Positions 23,391-34,500 of a stretch of 64,000 nt of DNA are shown in pieces. Numbering within the stretch: position 1 is the stretch's first letter; every line of letters begins with the position of its first letter. Origin of the DNA: Takakia lepidozioides (Eukaryota; Plantae; Bryophyta); NCBI GenBank assembly GCA_030704615.1, contig CM060733.1, positions 6,324,001 to 6,388,000 of the forward strand, written 5' to 3'. Made by a program: the position numbers and the translations under genes. Under the pieces are notes generated by a model that had not been told where the DNA came from, searched no databases, and worked only from the letters and a program-made list of their open reading frames with translations.

Positions 23391-26300
23391 ATGCATGCGC
23401 CCCCACCTGCCAGACATTTGAGGCAATCGGGTGATGCCTTCTTCCTGGCCCACCAGGCTCAAGCAACAGGTCGAATGGACAACGTCCGTGCCTTAGCCGT
23501 TGGTGCGGTATCTTCAGGTCCAATGGACAACGACAATGTCAATGCCTTGGCCACTGTTGCAGTGTCTTCAGCTGACCGATCGGTCCCCCCACCTCACACT
23601 GCCTCAAGTATGCCCATCGAGCCAGAGGAAGTATTGTCTGAGGATGGCGATATGGAAGAATCGCAGGCAGAAATGGAAGAAGCGGCGCTCTCGATAGCCA
23701 TTGATTTTGATTCCCTTTGTGACAAGGTCTCTGGATGCCAGGAACGAGGTATTCTCTTGCATTTTCCAGGGAAGAAGCAGAACAGAACAGAAGTAAGGGA
23801 CTGGGTGACCTCGCACCTTGGAGGATCGAGTGATCTGCAACCTCCCAAACATTGGGAACTCCTTTGGTTACTACCTGGGTTGTCTGGCTGTTTTTGACCC
23901 TGAGATGTGTCTGGACAACTTGAGAAAAGAACAAGCATGGAAAGGAGTCACAATTTCTTCCAAAATGAAGGAGAATGGATTGCCCAAAATTGTGAATATG
24001 ATGCCCAATGAGGGCAAAATCCCAAGTTACATCAGGCTGCCCATAGACAACAAGGGAAACTTCTTCTCAGTCAAACTAATGGAAGACTTGCCTGGTACAG
24101 GTTGTTTCAACTGTGGAAAGCAGGGTCATATGAAAGCAGACTGTCCAACTGGAAAGAGAAAACGCCACTCTCCAGTCCAATTGGCCTCTACTTCACGTCT
24201 GGCAACCTCTGCTCCGCTGATTGAAACCTCTCACATGACTCAAATAACACCAGCAAGCGGCATCTACACCAATGGGTCCAAAGCGCCTCTGGGGAACGCG
24301 TCTTCTAAGGAGAAAGTCACCTCAACTCAAGCTATGCAAGCATCTATGGGGAATGCCTCTTCTAAAGAGAAAGTAACCTCAACTCAGTCAAGGCCTAGTC
24401 TGGATCAGGTAGCTGCTTTAAAACAAACTACATCTGGTATCTATGGTGATTGCCCTGGCTGGCCCCTATATGGGATTCCATCATCATCATCAGCACCAAC
24501 TGCCAAAAAACACCGCAGACCAAATGACCCAATGGAGCTGGAAAATGACATCTCCAGATCTGTAGTAAACACCAGGTCCCCCCTCCAGTATATCCATGGC
24601 GGTGAGGAGATGTCAGCTGGCATTCTGTGGTCACCAATACTGGAGTTTCAGCGGAATTCAGTGATCATGGAGGCCCCACCAGATCAATCATCCCCACAAC
24701 ATGGGCCAATTGTCACATCCACAACAGTTCTTGTTGATCCTGAAGATACCCCAGCATCACCCGCAATGTCACATCCAAATCACGAAACCACTGGGCTCCC
24801 CTCCAACTCCAAGGCCCCTATGAGATCAATTGACTTTCAAAATCCAGATGCAAACATAGGAATTGCACTTAACCCTATAATTGCTAATATATGCCTGAGG
24901 TTGCGGACCTTCCCCACACTCTCTCTCCGTGGATGCACTCAGCTGGTCTCTTCAAAGGAACCCCAAGCCACTTGCATTACCCCGCTGATATTCTGCAACA
25001 AGGATGTACCGAGAATTCTGATCACATCCCCTGACAGGGAGGGGATGGAATCTCTGTGGATCACAACAATGGACATTCAAAAATTCGTCATCAAAGAGCC
25101 TATAGATGATAGCCCTATCCCTACTCTCAGAAGAAAAATTGAGGAATACTTTCACATACATCTCCCACAGTTTTCACTTTCAAGCTCAGTTCCAATCTCT
25201 TGGGCTTCCTACATTGAGGCATACCCTGGCCTAAGTGACGGCCCCTCCACACAGGTTCTGGCCCTCATAAATGAGGAACACCTATGCTCTAATCTGCCCC
25301 CCCTCTGCAACATCTGGGTCCATGAGAAGAGCAGTTCGGATCCCTGGTGCACACAATAGGCTCAGTTTCGAACAAAGGATATGCTTCACAATGGTTTTGC
25401 AATGCTCTCTGCTTTGCTAGAGGTGGAGGCAGGCATGCAATCCACCAGGCAGGGAATCACGGCCAGTCTCTCAGAGGACTCGGTGGAATCGGCCCAAGAA
25501 CCCCTGATGGTGGTCAAATCAAGGGGGAGGCAGGAAGCTGCCAAGGGAAAGGCTAGGCTCAATCACACATCACCTATCCTCAAGTTGCCTTTTCTCCCAG
25601 CACAACCAGCCAACATGGAGGCTTAGGTACTCCCCAATCCACTCATTGTATTCATTTTTTCTAGGAAAGCTACAGATTTGCAGAGATGCGTGGTGCTATG
25701 CAGGAAGCTTGTCAACCAAAAGGGGAAGAAAACCAAAACCCTGCCATCACTCTGGTGGAGTCCCCAAACTATGCACTTAGCTCCAAATCTGAACCAAGCA
25801 ACTCAGCCACTGTCAAACCTCAGACAAAAACACTAGTAGCCTCCATTGGCCTAGTTGCAGAGCCAACCCCCAGTCTGGCTCCAGCAGAATTTTCTATGGC
25901 CTGCACAAAACAATTCAAACCTATACCTGAATCTTCCACCCATACCCTGGCAAGGGTGTTATTCATCCAGCTCCTGTCGCCCCATCGAAAGCTCCCAAAA
26001 AACCTAGTATGGGAATGTTCCTTACTTCCTTCGGACAGGAGAGCAAGATTCTCATTCTCTACCTCAAGGCCATCAAATAAGAGCCCAACTCTTGGCCCAT
26101 CCTTCCCCTTAAATGCTGGTTAAAATCCACTCTTGGAATATCATAGGGATTGGATCTACTTAGTCCTCCCTCAAAAAGGCGAGACTTAAAACCTGGCTTT
26201 CCCCGTTGTTAAATCAAGAAACTATTATCTTGTTACAAGAACATAAACTTGACTTGGCCAAAATCTCATCTTTGGGGGATCAACTCTGGCCCGCAGCCCA

Positions 26301-26695
26301 TAGCTTTTGGAAACCAACCATAGAAGGATCAAGAGGAGGAACAACGATCCTTCTTTCACCCTAAATAGCTACCCTGATTCAAAAAGAAGAGATGTGGTTC
26401 CAAGGCAGAGCTCAATTCATCTCAATCATCCTTCCCAATGCCGCGGGAACAATAGGCATTGTCAATTTGTATGCCCCTAACTCATCATCCGAGAGGGAGG
26501 CTTTCTGGGAAAACCTACACACAAAAATGGAGTCCGAGCTCTCTGTTGAGCAATGGTTACTGATGGGTGACCTCAACATGGTAGAGTGTGTACAAGACAG
26601 GCTGGGGGCTGCTGCCCAGGGTCTGGGTGATGGTGAGGCCACATCATGGCAACAAATTAGAAACAACTTCTCTCTGTCTGAACCGTCCAAAGCCA
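23391..26695 (+). mobile_element. L1-like LINE, 3'-truncated: ORF1 with zinc knuckle plus the ORF2 APE endonuclease
   Basis: CFNCGKQGHMKADC near 24103; from 26113 SWNIIG, LLQEHK, GSRGG, NLYAPN, LMGDLN. No RT follows. Confidence 0.85.
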
Positions 26696-26696
26696 T

Positions 26697-27400
26697 TGTG
26701 TTGACGCAAGGTGGTTGTAGAGCTCTCAGATCGAAGCTCAACAAACAGAAAAAGCAAATGGAAAAAGAGATTGTAACCTCTGGTTTCTTCTTGGCACTTG
26801 ATGATGCATCGGGAGCATTCATCTTTTCCATGGGGTCTGGAGGCAGCAAGCTGCCAAGCAGATACGGGAGGTGGGAATGAACATAACAGGCACACAAATC
26901 AACCTCGCGTCAACCCAAGGTTGATTTCCGGATCATGTCCACTTAGGTTGGCGGTCTTGCTACTTTCCAAGGATGTTCAGTATAAGTAGGCCACATTGGA
27001 ACATTTCAGTGAGTGCAACATCTGCACTCGTTTCATGCCCAAAACATACACTTTGGAGGTCGACATCAACCTTGCGTTGACGCAAGGTTGATGTCGACCT
27101 TTCTATTTAGCATGGAACGGACAAAAAAAGAAAAGGCAAAAGGGTGTTGATAGCCACCTCCGGTTTCTTCTTTGCACTTGATGATGGTCCAGAGGCATTC
27201 AACTTCTCCATGAGGTCTGGAGGCAGCATGCTTCCAAGCAGGTCCCGGTGGTGCGAAACAGCGGCAGACGACAGCGTTCCTGCGTCCATCTTTCCTCCCT
27301 ACTCTCTCAAGACCTGGTTCTCCACTCGCAGTGCTTCCTCCCGAGCTCAGCTGACTTCCTCATCCTCCCCCCCCTCTATTGATGTGAAATAAAGTGTTCT
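26697..27400 (-). pseudogene. 5' exons and introns of a second copy of the ParB-MTase-type gene, divergent from the transposase
   Basis: The reverse complement of about 26870-27070 aligns by eye with 1990-2110 (tgatgtcgacctccaaagt..., aatcaaccttg..tgacgcgagg..gattt); duplicated exon LLGS(M/L)LPPD..EK..SSSAKKKPE; same palindromes. Confidence 0.6.
27057..27100. repeat. Longest copy of the dispersed palindrome TCAACCTTGCGT-CA-ACGCAAGGTTGA
   Basis: 21-bp perfect arms with a 2-bp spacer; related copies near 2250, 13810, 14115, 14213, 14300, 14432, 26900, 31795, 31838 and 31935. Confidence 0.9.
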
Positions 27401-28110
27401 TCGACGCTTTCTTCTCCCTCGGGTTGGGGTAACCGTCTCTGTAGAATCCAGGGTTGCAAGGAGAATAAGGAGAAGAAGGAAAAAAAGGCACTACGGGAGG
27501 TTCACCGCAAGGCCATCCACGCCAAGATGATCGCTCGAAACGACCTATGTGCCACATGCTCATTCCACATGCATGACGAACACATGTCCATCATTTGTTT
27601 CACATCCACTAAAATTCGTTCGGGTCCACCTCTCATCCGCAAAAGTTCATTATTGGGTATCCGCTTTTGGGATGTTTCAAAGGAATGTGCAGTTGGTACA
27701 GTTGTACAGTGGTGCAAGTGCCGTTAACATTGAATGGAAATGGGCACCTCATCTGGCCTCTTTGACATGACAGCCAAATGGCGGCTCTGTCAGTCAAACT
27801 TGCAGAATTCGTTGTCCAATGCACTGGTGGGGCACCTGTGAAAAAACAGTTGGATTCTATAATTAGGGCTGACATTATCCACACCGCATTTGGGCACTCT
27901 GTGACCATTCACTTGGTTCGCATGGGGACACATTTCTTTGGTGCCGAACCATGTTGGGAGACCTGCATGCGAAAGCGACACCTGCAATTGTGTGTAATGA
28001 CGTCTTCTATACAGCCCAAAAACTCCACTCTAGTACAACCTGCAATTAGAAGCAACATTGGACTGTGAACTGTGTGCTTTGAAGCAACATTGACAGTGGC
28101 CTCCCAGGCC

Positions 28111-31100
28111 ATGGACTCCCTTGACGCGGACTTCTTCAGTGAGGACCACCCTGTGCCATTTTCTTACGAGGTGGAAGATGACGGTTTTGCGGTGGTGCAT
28201 GAACACGTGCTCGCAACTCAGTTTCGGCTGGAAAATGGAACTCTATTCCTTGAGAGGGCAGTGTACGATGCCAATGGAAAACTGCTCAAGTACGCGTTCC
28301 AGAAACCTTCGCATACTGTACCAACCACACAATGGAGAGTGAATCCAGGCAGATATAGGGTGCTCAGTGCTCCTCGGAGATAGTCTGCAGGATCGTTCCT
28401 TACTCCTGGCACGACAGCATCAGTGGCCCAGGAGAAAACACCCGTGGTTGTCAAGAAGGAGTCAAGTACTGTTAACACTGTAGTTGAGCTTTCGGACTCA
28501 TCCTCCAATGACGCCTGTGAAATACCGCTCGTGGATCAGCCATGTCCAGATCAGGAAGCAGATGTGGAGGAGATCACCAGTGTCATTCCTAAACTGAAAG
28601 CCATGGGTGGGATGGCAGGATTCAAGAGTGAGTTGAGGGGGATTGACAGGAGCACTTTCAATGTTCAGAGGGTGGCATTCTTGCCGGAATCTTTTGATGG
28701 TAATATTGTTTTCGAGCTGCCTCCTCTGGGTCGCATGGGGGGCATTTCCAGTCTCATGGAAGGAATGGACAAAAAGCACGATGGGCACCCTTGGTGCCGC
28801 ACAAAAACCTCCAATATTCACAACCATGACAACCTCATATTCAGGCGAACAGTCTATAATGGGCATCTGAAATGTGAGAACATGAAATGCAGACACTTCG
28901 CACTGTCAGGTGTGCAAAACCAAAGCGAATGGGATGGTGTCACTGAGAATCCATTCAAGCCTGGGGTGACACCACCATACATTAACACTTTTGTGTGCAA
29001 GTTTTGTAGGCTACCACCTTGCTGCCTTGCATTGTGTGGTACCATAATGTACTATGTGGTGCATCGATTCAAAACCCTGACCAGAGCTTGTGTCCATTTC
29101 GGTTTTTACAACCACCCTGTGTCCAAGAGGGATTACAAGGAGAACGTTGAGACAGTCTCGCGTATGATAAGGCAAGAGTTGGATACCAATCCAACTGGAA
29201 CCACATCTGCAATTGCCATGGGGGCGAGCAAGTCCTTTATGGAAAGCCGTATTCTGTGTGCATCGGATTCGGTTGGAGGAAAACTGGAGGGACCAGCTTT
29301 GGCCATTGTTATGGACCATTTCTCGACTTTGACTTCTCCAAACATTAGGAATCAGGTGAACGCTTTAAGAATGGGCTTTGGGAGCCGAGGTTATATGGAC
29401 AATATTATGGATTTGAAGAAAAGGAGCATGTACGACTACATCCCTGCATCCAAGACAACGTTTTTCCGGGACAAGGAGCCATGACAGTATTCCTGTTCAA
29501 AATGTCCACAAAAGGTGAGGGCAGCGGAGTCATTCTGGTTAAACGTATGCAAAAGGGTGGCAATCTTGGCAACTGCTTCCTTATGTTCGATCACGTCAAG
29601 AGGGTTAAAGACTGGACCACAATGGCATGTCATGTTTACGACCCTGTGTACCAACGTGTCATGACAATTGCAGTGTGTGACATGCAGTCAGAGGACACAG
29701 ATTCACAACAACTCATGTGGGAAGCTCTCATTCGTGTTATGGCCTCCAATGGTCTCCCATCTCCCAATTTTGTTGGTTTCATGGCCGATAGTGCTCAAGC
29801 TAACTTCAACGCTGTCCGCATTGTGTTCGGGACGAGAGATCCAAAAGTGCCAATGCCTGGAAGAGAACGTACGTGTCTTTTCCATTGGACACAATCCATG
29901 GACAAACACACAAAGGCAGACATCAAGCCCGATATGCAGAGTATGCATCGTCAACTATGCAAACAGTACAAAGACGCTAAAACTATGGGGGAAGCGAATA
30001 CATTGTTCCAGACAATTCGTGCCTGGTGGTACTCATCTGGAGCGGCATCGGAGGACAGCATGAGGGCACTGGAAGACTGGTTCGCATTTTGGCACTTCCG
30101 TTACCGACAGTGGGGAGTGGCCATGACAACGGTGAGCGGTTTGCATTCACCTTCCTTTGGGTGCTTCAGATATATCTTTCAGGGTCCCCATCCTAATATC
30201 GGCTTTGTGTTTTTTTGCCTTGCAGCATATGTCCAGCGTGGGCAGTGAGCATATGTGCAGATGGCACCCCTCGCGTGGGAAGAGTTCCCCATCTGGAAGG
30301 CGAAGAGAGATTCGGGTCTTGCAAATGGAAATTGGACACCCCTCCCGGATCGGATGCAGATTCCCATAGGGCGGACAGGGTCAACTTCTCCACGCCACGT
30401 GTTCCATTGGATCAGAGATGGAATTGTGGAACATCCACAGGTGAGGCCCATTCAGCCCCAGACCGGACCCCTGCATCAAGCACTGTCACTGCAATGGTTG
30501 AAGACCAGAACGTGGTGCCGCATGTAATGGAGTCCATGTGCTTGGACGAGGTTTGGCATATAGAACGCATAAGTGCTGGATCGCGTGTAAAATGCGCGGC
30601 GATCAGGGCCACCAATCATTGAAAAATGTACATCATTAATATCCAGAGGGAAAGAACGCACTGCAACTCCTACATTCACTGGTTTGTTTCTCCCTTATGG
30701 ACAAGGAGAGACAAAGAACCACAAGTTCTGGTTCTGCGCTGACGATTGCGGTAGATGTGTGCGTGGGACAGTGAGGCCCTCCGTGGTGAGGAAGCCTACT
30801 CCACCAACCGTGCGGCCTGTGAAGATGGGCACATGTCTCATTCACCAAGAGATCGCAATGCTGGAAGAGGCGGGTTTCTCCCTAGCCAGACATTCCATTG
30901 CACGTGGAGGTGCTTCAAGTGCAAGCGGTTCACGGGTACCTCCGCCTGACACTCACTTGTGGCCAACCAGACGGAATGGGAAACTGGTTCGATGGAGATG
31001 GCGGACATGCCTTCTTGCAATCTAGCAGAGACAGTGCATAATGCCTAGTTGCAGCAATCCGGCAAAAAGGGAAGAGATTTGTAGGTGGCCACGGCCGATG

Positions 31101-31592
31101 ACCTTATCCGTGCTCTTCAGCAGCAAACCAGATATAGGTCATTCTTGAGGGGTGGCCTTGGTGGCAAAGGCCCGGACAGGAGCGAGTTGATGTTGCGGGC
31201 AGCCAGAAGATCGGGGGATCCCAGCTCCAACTGCAGAACACTATGGCAAAATCGAGTCCGCGAGAATGCTTCACGCTCGTGTTGCGGGAACAATGGAAGT
31301 GCCTGATCCAGGGTATGGTCGGGTCTTCACCATGATCTCATCCGCATCTGTGCTGCAGGACAAGACGTACGACATCATTGTTTCCAATTTTCCCAATTGT
31401 ACCTGTCCTGATTTTGTTGGTATGCTTTCAAGTAGTTTGGGAAAGAGAGGGAAGTTCATACCGTGCAAACACCTTTACTTCGTCTTCTGGAGAAGGATGG
31501 TTTGTGATCCAAAACGCGACTTCTTCATTCACCAAGCCACTATGAGTTTCAACAAAGTCAACACACTTCTACAGCGGGATACAAGCCTATAG
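28111..31592 (+). mobile_element. Mutator-like (MULE) transposase pseudogene: GCM-like DNA-binding domain, DDE core, SWIM finger
   Basis: HDGHPWCRTKTSN..GHLKCENMKC..CKFC..HFGFYNHP; FDHVK, FMADSAQANFNAV, CLFHW, NLAETVH; CTCPDF...CKH. Has stops, a frameshift and an intron at 30132-30225. Confidence 0.82.
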
Positions 31593-34500
31593 ACAGCATG
31601 CACTTGACATGAAGAAATTTGTGTTTTCCTTGACTACAACTTGTAATGGAATGACTGTTCAAGTCCAGTGTCTCTCAATGTATGTCGTCTAACATCTTCG
31701 CTATGCGTGGGTCAACGCATTTGTCGCATTGGTTTGTCATTCTCTTTTCATTAGCAAACACAAAAAACTACCTTCAGATAGACAGATGATCAAATCAACC
31801 TCGTGTTAACATGAGGTTCACTTGAAGTTCTCCAAATCCACCTTGTGTCAACACAAGGTTGATTTTAGTTCTAAGAAAACAACATCATGTAAATACAAGG
31901 TTGATTTGGAGGTTGATTTGAAGTTCTCCAAAACAACCTCGTGTTGACACGATGTTGATTTTTGTTCCAGGAAAACAACCTCGTGTTAACACTACGTTCA
32001 TTTCAGTTCTAGGAAATGAAGCTCCTGTTAACAGAAGGTTGAACTCCGGGAAAGCCCGAAACCCTTCATCCGTTTCACCTTCATGTGGTGAAATCAGCAG
32101 TTGTAGGCTCCACGGTTATAGGTCCACCTTCTTTGTGGTGACGTGGCATGACATGGACCAGGCTCACGCCACGTCATCATCAACGCCACGTCAGCTACGT
32201 GAGCGTATGCTCACACGCCAGGCTCACGCGGTAGCGTCGTTGTGGAAGATCTATTTCCCAGTCAAGAGTCGTGAGTCACATCCACAGCATGTACAGACAA
32301 ACATGAGTGTTATACAAGAAGACTGCATAAGAGATCTCTACTGGAGAAATACCAGGAACTTGGAGCAAGTGATTAAAATCAACCAATAGCTGAGTGCAAC
32401 TAAGTCGAGGGAAGATGACTTAAGAATGAAGCTGCACAGAGCCAACACAATCAACAGAAAGAGATCAGCGACAGAGGGAAACAAGGCTTGAAACTGCCAA
32501 GAAAACAACCATTTTCACTTTGAACAAGTACAGGAAATGGAGAGCAAAACAAGGATGCCAAGCAGGGCAAGAAAGAGAAGCAGGGCATAACTTATCATCT
32601 TTGAATGGACTGATGATCACGAGAGAGACTTGCACACGGAAAAGCCAAACATAACACAGGCTGATCATGAGGAGAAACCACACTTCCCAATGGATGAAGA
32701 TGGGCAATACAAACTGCAAACAAATGAAGGTGCAACCAATGTACCGAGGAGAGAACCAGTAAACATGAACTGCATTGATACTATGGATGAAGACAACACC
32801 AGGAGCGATGATTCGCAAGACAAAGTGTGTGAAGGGGACTACTATGGTGAAGACAAATTGTGGACGTGCAAGACCAGCTCTGAGGAGCTTATAGCACGCA
32901 GCTGAAAACCCACAAGTGGTGGCACAAGGTTTTCTTCTTTCGTATGGATACCAGTATGGTCAATTGCTACATTCTGCATATTTCGGCCATGAGGAGCTTG
33001 GGCCTGCGAGGTATGTCTCATTTTGACTTTTGTTTGGCCATGGCTCATTCACTCACCCAAGGCACTTGGGCATCATTGGAGACGACCACTGTCTTGGTGC
33101 CATAGATGAGCTCTGATGTGCAGCAAACCTTGCACTCCACCTTTCGGCGATTGTATGTCCAGTGTCGTTCACGGATACATCATTACTGTCTGCAATGCCG
33201 GGACTCATTTCTGTGTCTCGGTGCATGTTGGAGGGAGGCTCATCGTATTCGGGGGCAAAGGTAGCTTGCCTTTCGTCGAATGTTCTTCACTTCTGCCTGG
33301 GATGTAGCGTGCAATATTTGGGGTGCTTTGTGTTATGTTTGTGCTATGGTGGTTGTGATCTTAGAGTGGTTTGGCGGGTGTTGGTTGGCAGGGGTGTTCA
33401 TGTGGAGTGTGGCATGTGTGTGACTACTTTCTGCCTTTGGTGTTTCGATGAGCAGAGGGATTTTCGAGATCTGATGGGTTGTGGTGTATATGGATTCAAG
33501 GGTAATGGGATCTTTGGGTTGATGTGCATGGGTCTTTTGGGGTCATGTGTTTGCTGTTGTGGTTGGGAGTGCATGATCACAGGGGGGTTGTCTTTGCTGG
33601 GTTCTATGGGGTTGCATTGCTGGGATCAGATAGGCTTTTTCTGGTTCTTGATTTTGATGATCACAAGGGGAAAGCATTGCAGGGTTGCAAGGGGTTGCAT
33701 TGATGGGTTGCTATGGGGTTTCTGTTCTTGTTGTTTTGGTTGGGAGTCCATGATGACAGGGCACAGTGCGGAAGGGGTTTCTGGGCTTTGGTTGGGTGGT
33801 TGTAGATTTTTGGGGGTCTCCAGGGGTTTGCTGCTTTGTTGGGGAGTGGGGGTTCTCTGGCTGTTTTGGGGGGGGGTGGGTCTGCACATACGGGGGGGTT
33901 CAAATCCCCCTCAGTTCTGGTTTTGGATGGTAATGACGAGAGGTGAGAGAGAGCTTCAAAGAGGGCGAGAGAGAGAGACCTTGTCATGCTGCAGGGAAGT
34001 GAGGCAGTTGGCCGGGTTGGGTAGTCGCCGTGGTGACGGGCGACTCAGGGGCTCATTTCGGTTTTGCTTTTTGCCCTACGTGGGCCCTGCGTTTTTGCCT
34101 GATGTGGCCCGAACCTAAGTTGCCGGAGAAGTCACCGGACCGGCACCCAAATGCCTGAATTGGCACTGGCCTGAAAATTGCCAGAAGGTCCCATCCACCT
34201 TGCAATTCTGTCTGAATCCCAAATTTTTTTGTGGAGGCCCTTTGTCTTGGGGACAAGCATCTACTGACCGTAGGAATCAGGATTCAAAACAATTTTGCTT
34301 GCCCTTTCACTGCATTGGGGTAAGTAGAGTAAGTGGGATCTGATTTCACCCCCCAAACTCACATACAAAGCAGCCCCCATATTTTTGGCATTTTGGTCTG
34401 AGATTCTGGGAGATGACCTGTTGTTGCCCCTTATCCGGATTCTGGAGGCCATTTCTTCAAGAAAAATTGTAAAATCACCAAACTTGCATGGTCAAAGCAA

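Noticed and set aside
33162-34118. 318-aa G/C/L/W-rich ORF
   Set aside because: Low-complexity GT-rich repetitive DNA with no domain; probably a TE interior.
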